Positions 11,411-22,698 of a stretch of 63,623 nt of DNA are shown one piece after another; the stretch's first letter is position 1, and each line of letters opens with the position of its first letter. The position numbers were made by a program, and so were the translations under genes. The notes under the pieces are model-generated. The model did no database searches and was not told the origin of the DNA. It saw only the letters and a program-made list of their open reading frames with translations. This DNA is from Chiloscyllium plagiosum (taxonomy: Eukaryota): the NCBI RefSeq assembly GCF_004010195.1, contig NC_057750.1, forward strand, positions 3,571,320 through 3,634,942, read 5' to 3'.

Positions 11411-12945
11411 GGCAGAGAATATTCCAGAGGGTTATTATCTAAAAGATAGAATCCTAAGGCAGAATGGAGACCACAGCAGGTTAGTGCAGAGGAGAAATGG
11501 GCCGAAGTGCATCACGTTGTGTTGCCGGTAGCATACCGACAGGAACTGTTCCAGGTAGCACATGAACTACCTGTAGGAGGTCACCTTGGGGTACAAAGAC
11601 TCAGGCTAAGGTACAAAAACATTTTTATTGGTCTGGAATGCACAAGGATGTGGTTAACGTTTGCCATATGTGTCATACATGCCAAATGGTAGGTAAGCCA
11701 CAGGTGGGAATAAAACCAGCACCTTTGTTGCCAGTTCCCTCATTTGAAGAACCTTTCACACGGGGTTATAATTGATTGTGTAGGTCCCTCCCGAGAACTA
11801 AAAGTGGGAATCTTCACTTGTTAACCATAATGGATGTGTCTACCAGATTTCTGCAGGCAATTCCATTATGGAGTATCAAGGCAAAAAGGGTAGTAGAGGA
11901 GTTAGTAGCTTTCTTCACACGGTATGGGCTACCCAGAGAGATTCAGTCAGACCAAGCATCAAATTTTACTGCTAGGCTGTTTAAGGAGGTTATGGATAGC
12001 TTAGGTATACAGCACTTTAAATCCAGTATGTATCATCTTGAATCCCAGGGAGCTTTAGAAAGATAGCATCAGACCTTGAAGACCATGTTGAGAGCATACG
12101 TCAGGGTTACCCAAATGATTGGGATAAAGGAATCCCATTCGTATTGTTTGCCATTAGAGATGCCCCAAATAAATCTACTCAGTTTACTCCCTTTGAGTTA
12201 ATATTTGGTCATGAAGTGAGGGGCCTTTTGAAATTAGATTAGATTCCCTACAGTATGGAAACAGGCCCTTGGGCCCAACAAGTCCACACAGACCCTCTGA
12301 ATAGTAACCCACCCAGACCCATTCCTCTACCCTATATTTATCCCTAACTAATGCACCTAACACTATGAGCAATTTAGCTTGGCTAATTTACCTAACTTGC
12401 GCATCTTTGGATTGTGGGAGGAAACTGGAGCACTTGGAGGAAACCCATGCAGACACGGAGAGAATGTGCAAACTCCACACAGACAGTCACCTGAAGCGGG
12501 TACTGAACCCGGGTCCCTGGCGCTGTGAGGCAGCAGTACTAACCACTGAGCACCGTGCTGCTGTGCAACCCCATAATTTAATTTCTTTAAATTAATTAAA
12601 GAAAAATTGACAGGACCAAAGTCGGAGATCTCATACTTAGATTATGTATTCGAGGTGAGGGAGAGACTAGATCGAGTAGGTGGGTTAGCTAAACAGCACC
12701 TAAAGAGAGCACGGTGTAGAATGAAGCAGGTGGCAGATTAAAGCTCTGAGACTCAGACATTTTCTCAAGGGATAATGTGTTAGTACTGTTACCAATGATA
12801 TGAGATCCCTTCAAAGCCAGGTTTGGTGGTTCCTATCAAATTGAGAAAAAGTTGAGTCAGGTGAACTATCTAGTAAAGATGCCAGATAGAAAAAAAAGGT
12901 ATTGGGTATGTCATATGAACATGTAGAAACCATATTACACTAGAG
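11411..12945 (+). pseudogene. Integrase pseudogene (H2C2, DDE core, C-terminal GPY/F region), split by an HE1 SINE
   Basis: AHELPVGGHLG (ORF 11507), LLTIMDVSTRF, GLPREIQSDQASNF and SQGALER (ORF 11776). GLLK/LIKEKL is split by the SINE; ARFGGSY lies near 12820. Confidence 0.88.
12234..12561 (-). mobile_element. HE1-type SINE nested in the integrase
   Basis: Near-complete head, V-domain and (AATCT)n tail. Confidence 0.92.
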
Positions 12946-13151
12946 AGAAAAAACTGGAGAAACAGGTGTTAGTTACTGCCCCACAGAGTGAGGAATCAAA
13001 TCCAGATGATATGGATTTTGAGGTGCCTCAAAATAGATTAAAAAATGAAGAAGTCGTTGAGGAGTGGGATATATTAGTAAGCTATCTGTCTCAGGAGCAT
13101 AGAACGGAGTTGAAAGATTTACTATAGTACAAGGACGTATGTAAGAATCAG

Positions 13152-14448
13152 ATGGGGAGGACTAATGCTATTGTACGTGACGTAGATGTAAGGAATACTG
13201 CTCCGATAAAACAATACCCCTATCAGCTTAATCCTTTCAAAGCCAGACAAGTCCAGATGGAGGTGGAGGCCATGCTCGACGAGAACATTATCGAACCAAG
13301 CCAGAGTGAGTGGAGTTCGCCGATCGTCTTAGTTCCCAAACCAGATGGAACTCAAAGGTTCTGTGTGGATTATCGGAAGGTCAATGCTGTTACAAAATCA
13401 GACTCATATCCAATTCCTAGATTGGAAGACTGTATCAAGAAAGTCGGACAAGCAAGTTACATCACCAAGTTGGACTTAATGCATGGTTACTGGCAGGTAC
13501 CTTTATCAGAGTTGGCGAAAGAAATTGCTGTGTTTGTAACCCCAAATGGGCTATATCAGTTAAAGTGATGCCCTTTGGAATGAAGAATGCATTCGCCACA
13601 TTTCAAAGACTCATGAACAGAGTTGTGGCTTGATTAACAAACTGTGCAGTCTATTTGGATGATGTAGTGATCTTTAGTAAGTTCAGGAAAGATCACATGG
13701 TACAGTTGGCAGAGCTCTTTGAATGACTATGAGAAGCAAAACTGATGATAAACTTAAATAAAACAGAATTCGCGAAAGCAGAGTTGACGTTCTTGGGACA
13801 TAACATCGGTCATGGAAGGTTGACCCCACGGAATGCAAAGACGAAGGCCATCAAGGAATTTCAACGACCAACCTCGAAATAAGAGGTAGTTTGATTTTTA
13901 GGACTCAGCGGATTCTATCGGAATCCAAACTTCAGCAGTGTAGTGGCACCATTAATGGATTTGCTGAAGAAGAATACAAAGTTTCAGTGGACAGAACCAT
14001 GCCAGGAGGCATTCGACCGTTTGAAATCGATATTAACCACAAACCAGTTTTAGCTACACCAAACTTTTCAAAACCTTTTAAAGTTGCCATCGATGTTAGT
14101 GACATTGGAGTTGGAGCTATACTCCTACAGGAAGATGAGGATGGTATTGAACTGCCAGTTGGTTACTTTTCGAAGAAGCTCAACATCCACCAGAGGAAAT
14201 GCTCCACAATCGAAAAGGAACCATTGGGTTTGGTACTGGCCTCACAACATTTTAATGTGTATGTCATGAACAATGTGTTGGAGACGGTTGTGTACACTGA
14301 CCACAATCTGCTTGCATTCTTAGAACGTTTTAAAGATAAGAATATGAGACTGTTTCATTGGAGTCTTATGTTACAGACTTTTAATGTAAAAATCATATAT
14401 GTTGCGGGTCAGAAGAATGTAATCGCAGATGCGTTATCAAGGATTTAA
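13152..14448 (+). pseudogene. Reverse transcriptase / RNase H pseudogene (gypsy type)
   Basis: PIKQYPY, SEWSSPIVLVPKPDG, RFCVDYRKVN, DSYPIPR, YLDD at 13652-13663; RNase H DVSDIGVGAIL, YTDH and NVIADALSRI-stop at 14448. Confidence 0.92.
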
Positions 14449-14459
14449 CTGATAGAGGT

Positions 14460-15264
14460 TAGACAATAGACAATAGATAATAGACAAAAGGTGCAGGAGT
14501 AGGCCAATCTGCCCTTCGAGCCTGCACCACCATTCATTATGATCATGGCTGATAATCCTTAATTAGTATCCTGTTCCTGCCTTATCTCCATAACTCTTGA
14601 TTCCACAATCCTTGAGAGCTCTATCCAACTCTTTCTTAAATGAATCCAGAGACTGGGCCTCCACTGCCCTCTGGAGCAGAGCATTCCACACAGCCACCAC
14701 TCTCTGGGTGAAGAAGTTTCTCCTCATCTCTGTCCTAAATGGTCTACCCCATATTTTTAAGCTGTGTCCTCTGGTTCGGCACTCACCCATCAGCGGAAAT
14801 ATGTTTCCTGCCTCCAGAGTGTCCAATCCTTTAATAATCTTGTATGTCTCAATCAGATCCCCTCTCTGTCTTCTAAATTCAAGGGTATACAAGCCCAGTC
14901 GCTCCAGTCTTTCAGCGTAAGGTCGTCCCGCCATTCCAGGAATTGACCTCGGGAACCTATACTGCACTCCCTCAATAGCCAGAATGTCTTTCCTCAAATT
15001 TGGAGACCAGAACTGCACACAATACTCCAGGTGTGGTCTCACCAGGGCCCTGTCTGGCTGCAGAAGAACCTCTTTGCTTCTATACTCAATCCCTCTTGTT
15101 ATGAAGGCCAGCATGCTATTAGCCTTCTTCACTACCTGCTGTACCTGCATGCTTACCTTCATTGACTGGTGTACATGATCACCCAGATCTCTTTGTACTG
15201 CCCCTTTACGTAAATTGATTCCATTTAGGTAGTAATCTGCCTTCCTGTTCTTGCCACCAAAGTG
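14460..15264 (-). mobile_element. Young CR1 LINE 3' fragment nested in the provirus 3' region
   Basis: Open ORF 14563-15162 (LEYCVQFWSP, RGDLIETYKI, FFTQRVV); (ATTGTCT)n tail. Confidence 0.93.
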
Positions 15265-15432
15265 AGTTTAAATGAGATTTATCCTTATTTATCTTTATTA
15301 AATGTTTTATATATAGGGAAGAAGTTAATGTGAACTTATATTAAAATTATCTGTATGTAAGGGTAATGTGTTATAAAAGTAGAGAAAAAAAATGAAGCCA
15401 TCTTTTCATTATGATGGTTAATTTTTTTCTTT

Positions 15433-15441
15433 GGGGGGAGG
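15433..15441 (+). other. Polypurine tract
   Basis: GGGGGGAGG immediately before the 3' LTR, preceded by a T-tract. Confidence 0.8.
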
Positions 15442-16143
15442 TATTATGAAGCTGTGAGTGTACTTTTAGAGAGTCAAAAGCAACAGAACTACTGGACACA
15501 GCACCAAGTGTTCTCAATAAGGCAACAATGTAACACTTGGTAGAACAACTTGATTAGCTCATTGTCTGGAGACGAAAACAAATTCGAATTCAGTCAATCG
15601 GTTTAAATTACACCCCAAACAAATGTCAAACTCCAATCCAATTTGAATTTAGTATATTGACAATCTTAAAAGCAAATGACACAATTCGATGCTTTGGTAA
15701 GACTGGGGAAAATTCTACAGCTGAGAGGAGAACTGCCAAGCCCAGGATGTAAACAGAGTGCTTGAAAAATAACTCTCTTAAAAGTACCTTTTCGATCAGT
15801 AACTGTATCGCAGAAATTCCTAAGAAAAAGAAAAGATACAGAGATCCGGATAGAAAAATGGAAGCTGTCTGGTTTTGGGATAAGAAGGGTGGTTTTGTAA
15901 ATCTTGATTGGGAGTTGTATCGGACTAGTATTACAGAAGGGAAAGTAACAGATAGATTAGAGTAAGGAATGGTAAATAGTTGTTAGTTAATTATTCTCTG
16001 TTATACTTTAAGAAATAAAGTTGTTAATTTTTACTTTAAATAGTTCTTGGCCTGTTGAATTTTTACACATTACTGCACAGGATAAATCTTTACTGTGGTG
16101 CTGGTTTTAAATTAAGCAGGAAGGTTTACCCTGTGTTGTAACA
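15442..16143 (+). repeat. 3' LTR (702 bp)
   Basis: Starts TATTATGAAG (TG mutated to TA), ends GTAACA, AATAAA near 16014. Confidence 0.92.
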
Positions 16144-16147
16144 CAAG

Positions 16148-16380
16148 GCATACAAGGCAATGGACAGTCATGGAAATGAGCTTAGAATAGTTAGGTGGCT
16201 GATTTTGACTGTTGCAGATTCATGAAGACATTGAATGATTGTTTGGATAGAAGTAGTATTCAAGGGTATGGGGAGAATACAGGAGATTGGTACTGAATAA
16301 TGATGCTCTTTTGAAGAGCCAATGCAGGCATGATAGGTTGAATGGCCTTCTATACTCTAACAATTTTGTAATTCTGTGAA
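16148..16380 (+). mobile_element. CR1 3'UTR remnants (continuation of 8740-9448 plus a further tail)
   Basis: GCATACAAGGCAATGGAC continues the sequence interrupted at 9448; the region ends with a TGAATGGCCTTCT...ATTCTGTGA tail. Confidence 0.65.
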
Positions 16381-16699
16381 GCAAACTGGTGAACCTCTTG
16401 AAAATTGTAAATGTCATCATAACCTTCTAAATCTTGGAGAGGAGATGCGGCTTTATGATGTTGTAGATTTACTCCATTCGTCAATTTGCTAATGATTTGA
16501 AAGACCTTGATAGTTTTGGAATTTGTCCTACCTCTTGCGTATAGGATATATCTGGCCAATTGTACATGTGGTCTTGTAATGCTAGTGTTATCAATGCGCA
16601 AGAATAATATGACTACCATTTCATACAAGATTCAATCTCTAGTTGGATCCTTGTTGATCTCAGATAAGACTGCAAGTACATCTGGTGGAGGTAGCAATT

Positions 16700-16870
16700 A
16701 GGGAGAGAAAACCAGCCAGATTACTGATAACTGTGAGTCTTGCAAGGAATTGTGGTTTTTAATCAATTCAAATTTCACCATCTACCACAGTTGGATTTGA
16801 ACTCATGTTCCCAGTTCTTGGGACTCCGGATTACAGTCTGCTGACACTCGCATAACATGACTGCCTCTCT
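16700..16870 (-). mobile_element. Ancient tRNA-headed SINE-like fragment
   Basis: Minus-strand B-box-like GAGTTCAAATCC followed by GGTAGATGGTGAAATTTGAATT; similar to 53085-53290. Confidence 0.45.
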
Positions 16871-19829
16871 CGTTGTTGGCAATTGTGAATGTTGAGTGAG
16901 AATTGGGCTCAGCTGTGAACTTTCCCTTGATATCTGAATAAATTTACACCGAATTACTGGATGCTTAGATGTGATATCAGAGGGCATCCAGTTCCAAGGA
17001 TGACATGACAACAAGAAGCAATTATCTTCCAGAGAGGACAGGAGGGAACTAGAGGATGGAAACAAAACTACAAACATTAACAAAAATAACAATTGTTCCA
17101 GCTTATTTTAATGGACAGGAATCCTTCGTACATTCTTTGTTTTTAGTTCTAAACAAATGCATTTCATCTCATAGTTATCCATTCTCTATATCTCTTTCTT
17201 AGTCCGTTTGCAAGATAGTTGAATTCATAGCTATTTCTTCAGGTCAACAATACAACTTTTCATGTGACCTACTGGAAGACATATAGAGTTTGACAGATAT
17301 TTTGAATGAATCGTCTTCAAGTTCCTTCTATTCATCTTGGCTGAGAATAGATGACCTAAATGTGATTGCCAGCTGAGTGCAAGACTTCCTAGTTGTATGA
17401 GGAAACAAATTAAATTGTAGCAAATGAGAGTTCTGTTTTCCAGACTTTTTCAAAATTTAACAGTTTTTCAGACTGATAAATTACCATTGTAAATAGTCAC
17501 CTGCTAAATTTAGTCTTCAGATTTGATATATTTTCTTGTTTTTGTACTTTCAATCTATAACTTGATAAAAACTTCTGACCATTAACTAGAAGTTGTAATA
17601 AAAATATAAAACACGCATGTTATTTGTTAACTACATGCAAGTTTCTCTAAACTATGTAAGCAACAATGCCTCAAATGTGCCAATATCTTACAATTCAGTA
17701 GCCAACAGAAGACTGGATTACATATCTATGACTGTTTTACCAACTATAAAGTTTTTTTACAATCATTCTACAATTCATAGTACAAATTTCTGCTAGGGAA
17801 AGGTGTAACTGAAGTCTTCAATCCAGTTACTTGTTCTTGGACCTTTATTGGATTCTGATATGCTCAAGCTTGCTTTTCATGGCTTGTCTTCTACAAAAAG
17901 GTTGAAATATGAACATTTTAGAAAAATGACTTAATTCTACTGTTTTTATTCTTCCAGTGCTGTAAAGTCGTATTCACAGACTGAAAGAGTAGAATAACTA
18001 ATCTACAATCAGCCTTCCTTTTGGTCAGTGATTAGCAAATGCATTAGGATAGACCAGCCTCCACTTGATGTTATTCTGCATAAAACAACTTGTTTACAAG
18101 GAAAACCATATGTAGATAGATAAACAGTTAAACCACAACAAAGTAGATTAAATACCTGACCACCTAACATTCATATCTAATGTATATAATTATAATGGAC
18201 AAATCCCTTTCCCATACATCCTCAATCCCAATGGAACAACCTATTTCCTATTTATTCCATCATTCAAAATATAAATTTATTTCCATTAACTGTCATCATG
18301 TAGAATTCCAATATTTGAAATACCAACATTCATTCCCTCTAGAATTTCAATGAATCTAAATCTTCCCCCTTAACTCCAATTGAGTAGAATTCCAAAACAT
18401 TAAAGCCCTTTCCAATCACATTCTACATTCATGTAATGTATTCCATTAATAATGCTTTTATTTGATTCCTTTCTCCCCTCCGTTCAGAAGCCTCTTACAG
18501 GTACATCTCTTTAAATATATCTCCAGTGTTCTAGAATCTCTTCTGGGTGGTCAGCTCTGCCCTATCTGAAGCTCTCTAAGGTGCTTATCTAAATGAGGAG
18601 TGGTATATAAAAATTGTCAAATGTGACTTTAACAATTTCTAAACTCATAGCACACTAAATGCAGTAGTACTTAATACTGACAGACTCCCCTGAAGCCAGC
18701 AATGCATTTGAGAAAAGTAATAATTATGTGCAATAAATATATTTTAGTTTAGTATTTCCTGTTTTTCTTTCAACCAACTAGCTGAATGAATGATTGAATA
18801 CTCTGCAGTACACATTGGCAGTTTAAAATGCTGGTTTATGGAATTCTCCATTGAAGCTTGACATTTCTTGGCAATCTTCTAAACTTTATTGGGTTTCCAG
18901 TGTTATTAACATTTATTGCAAAGTTATTTTGAACTATTTAGAAACACTTAACATACTAGGAGCTCATTTGACACAAGATGGTGCCAAGTACTAAACTTAT
19001 TATTACATGTCACCACCCACTAGGAGGTGAGAGAGTTTATGAGTAAGTAAGAGAGAAAAATAATACATTACCAGATGACTGAGGGTGAAACTTACCTCAT
19101 AATGAAAAATGAACAAGCAGGATACATTTGTTATATTCTGATTGAATGCTTTTTGGTGGTGAGATTCCAAGCATGGGAGCAGTGGATTTACCCTAATCCA
19201 GACCAGAATTTCAGCAAAGGGTAGATATTGAACTATGAGCAATTGTAAACTCTGCTGTTCAAGGCCTGGAGAGAATATTTTCAGCAATACAATACAGCTA
19301 GAGCTGAAGTACTGATGTGTTCACAGGTCTGTCAGTGATGGTGGGAATGGTTTAAGAGAAGTTTTCTATTAATTCAGAGTTGTTTTAATCCTAATTTTAT
19401 CCACATCAAAAATAAAGCCTCCAGGGTTATTGTATTCCAACTGTTTGGAATTCCTGGAGAATCTTGCAAAATGCAACTTTGAATTAACTAAATTAACACC
19501 ATGTAAAATCAATGCATGAATATGAAACCTCTATAGTATGTTATCAAAAATTGGGCTTTTGAAGTTAGGTTTAGCTCTGATGTAGCATCTTTGGAAGTAT
19601 TACAATATTAAAGCCATTATATAAATCCAAATAATTGTCTGTATGCAAGATCAAGGTTTGATGTAATAGGCATCATAATTGAATACATGCAGAGATTCAC
19701 TCTTCAGCTTTTCACTAAAGAATAGCCACTTAGAAGTGCTGCTGGTTTCTAACTGGCACCTGGAACCAATTATGACGCAATCTACTGTAATTTGTTAAAG
19801 TGCCCAGTTCAGCTGTCATCTAGAATGTT

Positions 19830-20600
19830 GTAGCTGAGCATTGTGTACAGTTCTGGGCACCTTAGTATAGGATGGATATAAGCACATTGGAGCGAGTGCA
19901 GAGAATATTTATATGAATGGTTCCAGGGATGAGAAATTTCAGCAATGAGGATAGATTGGAGAGACTGGATTGTACTCTTTGGAAAGATGAAGGCTCAGGA
20001 AGATTAGATTACATTAAATTACTTAGTGTGGAAACAGGCCCTTCGGCCCAACAAGTCCACACCGACCCTCCGAAGAGCGACCCACCCAGACCCATTCCTC
20101 TACATTTACCCCTTCACCTAACACTGCGGGCAATTTAGCATGGCCAATTCACCCAACCTGCACATTTTTGGACTGTGGGAGGAAACTGGAGCACCCGGAG
20201 GAAACCCACCAGACACGGGGAGAATGTGCAAACTCCACACAGACAGTTGCCTGAGGCGGGAATTGAACCCGGATCTCTGGCGCTGTGAGGCGGCAGTGCT
20301 AACCCACAGATAGAAATTTTCAACTTAATAGGGGATTGGTAGAACAAATAAAGAGAAACTGTTCCCACTCGTAAAAGGATCAAGAACAAGAAGGTACAGA
20401 TTTAAAGTTACTTGCAAACAATGCAATGTGACATGAAAAAAAACATTTTCAGATCATGTACGGTTCATGCTAAGACTTATGTATAGGCAGGTTCAATTGA
20501 GGCATTCACAATTACATTAAAACAATGTGCAATGGCATATGAAAAATATAGGAGAATGGCACTAAGTCTTGGTGCTCTTTGGAGAACCAGTGCAGATACA
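19830..20600 (+). mobile_element. Old CR1 3' fragment (interrupted by HE1; tail resumes at ~21664-21710)
   Basis: LEHCVQFWAP and MVPGMRNFSNEDRLERL. Terminal GATGGGCCAAATGTCCTCC...GTGATT lies beyond the 20602-21657 insertion. Confidence 0.75.
20001..20305 (-). mobile_element. HE1-type SINE
   Basis: B box, V-domain and AATCT-type tail; the first ~15 nt of the head are missing. Confidence 0.92.
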
Positions 20601-20945
20601 ATAGAATAAAATTATCCTTTATTGTCACGTGTACTCAAGTACCAAAGTACAGAGGTGCAGTGAAAAGTTTACAATGTCACCTCTCATGGTGCTATCTTAG
20701 ATATAAAGTACCTAGGTACAAATCTTAGATACAAAAAGACGAATACAAAAGATGTTGCATTACCTTACAGTGACCTCATAGAATGTTAGTAATAAGACAT
20801 AATTAAAAGGATAAACATTATAGTCAGATAAACAAATTACAGAAAAACATGACATTACAGTAGCTCACCATGCGTAGTCTGACTGGCCTCGCAAGCTGCT
20901 GACCGCCTGTGCCAGATCCCAGACTAACAACTGTCCCCGCTCTGC

Positions 20946-21187
20946 TCCATGCCTCCAGCCTGTGCCGCTCCAACTCTCAACCATTCCAGTTCACTCAGCT
21001 CTAGCTCTCAGCCACTCCATGCAGCTTTGGGCCTCCAGCCCACTCCACACCTCTCCAGGCCTCCAGCCCATTCCACTCCAGCTCTCAGCCACTCTGCACT
21101 GTTCCAGCCCTCCAGTCCACTCCGCTTTGGCTCTCAGTCGTTCCATGCTACTCCATGTCTCCAGCCCGCTTTGCTCTGGCTCTCAGC
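20946..21187 (+). repeat. ~49-bp C-rich minisatellite, about 5 degenerate copies
   Basis: Consecutive 49-nt units CCAGGCCTCCAGCCCATTCCACTCCAGCTCTCAGCCACTCTGCACTGTT and CCAGCCCTCCAGTCCACTCCGCTTTGGCTCTCAGTCGTTCCATGCTACT. Confidence 0.75.
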
Positions 21188-21277
21188 TGGACTAAGGTAA
21201 GTTTTCTTATCAGAAAAAAGTACACTTCAAAATCTTAGGGAAAAAAATGGGAGTGGAGAAAAGCAGACGGATTGACA

Positions 21278-21608
21278 GAGAATCTCCTACAGTGTGGAAA
21301 ACAGGTCATTGGCCCAACAAGTCCACACCAACCCTCCAAAGATTACCCCATCCAGACACATTCCCCTACCCTATTACTTCCACTGACTAATGCACCTAGC
21401 CTACACATTCCTGAACACTGGAGGCAATCTAGCATGGACAATTCACCTAACCCACATATCTTTTGGACTGTGGGAGGAAACCAGAGCACCTGGTGGAAAT
21501 CCATGCATAGAATGTGCAAACTCCGTAGACAGTCATCCAAGGCTGGAATTGAACCTGAGTCCCTGGTGCCATGAGGCAACAGTGCTAACCACTAAGCTAC
21601 CATGCTGC
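21278..21608 (-). mobile_element. HE1-type SINE (longer, older subfamily)
   Basis: Head, V-domain and tail present, with an extra internal GTGTTCAGGAATGTGTAGGCTAGG segment. Confidence 0.88.
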
Positions 21609-22469
21609 TCTGGGCTGAGGAGCCCAAATGCTGCCTACTTGACTACTGCCATCTTTCCCATTTGTGATGGGCCAAATGTCCTCCTGTGTGCCATAACACT
21701 TTTGTGATTTTAATTGTGATCAGCAATGTGCAACCCATTCACCTCACAGAGTATTAAAAAAACTCTAATTATCTGAGGAAGTGTATCTTGTCCAAACTCC
21801 AAGCTTTCAGGAAAGAAGTTGTACAATGGGAGACAAACAAAGAACGAGAAGCAACTAAAAGTATGTTGCAAAAAAAACTTTAAGATATAAATTGTGGAGA
21901 ATAATAGAATTGTTGCAAGGTACAGGGGAAATAGTTTATACTTATGTAGGTTACAAAAGATTATCATTTTAGTACACATTCTGTATAATTACCTGAATAA
22001 TTTGACAATTTACAAGTTCTTAAAATCTAAATTTGACATCCCGAAACACCACTTCTATATATCTTGCATTCACTTGTATCTTTTTTCAGCTTAAAGTGTT
22101 TTACATTGTACCTTGGACATTTCAGGTTCCTTATTTTACAATTTTAAAAATCCTCCAATTATTAGATAGAGATACCAGACTTTTGAAAATGAATTAGGGG
22201 TCTTTCATGTTTGAAGGAGAAGGAATTGCAATTTTTAATAACTGAGAGATCTCATTGTTCCCATTTGTTTAGGATTATCTCTACTGAAGCCAATCTTAAG
22301 TTATTTTATCAAAATCAATGATGTGCCATGGCCTATGGCCTTTTCTGGAGCAATGAAACAGTGAACCTTGCCTTACCTTCGGACTTGGGAATTAGCTTCA
22401 ATTGGGAAACTTGATATTTCGAGATAGCAGTTTTAGATTTTTATTTTAAACTTTTTGGTGCGAGATTCT

Positions 22470-22698
22470 TAAGCATTTCCAACTTCAATTGCTCCATCAC
22501 TGGCAACCGTGCTTTCAGCTATCAAATCATTAAGCTCTGGAATTCCTCCCTAAACTTCTTCATATCTCTTTCTACCTTTGAGTTAACCTTTTTAAACTGC
22601 TTCTTTGACTAACCTTTTGATCAGCTTGCCAGTATTTTTTTATGTGGCTCACTGTCAAACTTCGATAACACTCCAGTATCGAAGTGACATTTTATTAC
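22470..22698 (+). mobile_element. L2-like LINE 3' tail
   Basis: GCTTTCAGCTATC...AAGCTCTGGAATTCCCTCCCTAAA...CTCTTTGAC pattern, similar to ~59760-59950. Confidence 0.6.

Larger units (their letters stand above)
9449..16143 (+). mobile_element. Ty3/gypsy LTR retrotransposon, Gmr1-like (gag-IN-RT-RH order), defective
   Basis: Two homologous LTRs, 4-bp TSD CAAG (9445-9448, 16144-16147), PBS and PPT. Integrase lies upstream of a gypsy-type RT/RNase H; many stops and frameshifts. Confidence 0.93.
20602..21657 (-). mobile_element. Non-autonomous LINE-tailed element (Rex1/Babar- or L2-like ends) with internal minisatellite
   Basis: The minus strand starts AAGATGGCAG and ends TTTTCACTGCACC...GTACACGTGACAATAAA. 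It splits a CR1 3'UTR and has no recognisable coding motifs. Confidence 0.55.

Noticed and set aside
20946..21187. CRISPR-like array, or coding S/P-rich ORFs 20949 and 20962
   Set aside because: Units are contiguous degenerate tandem copies without unique spacers in eukaryotic DNA; the ORFs reflect low complexity.
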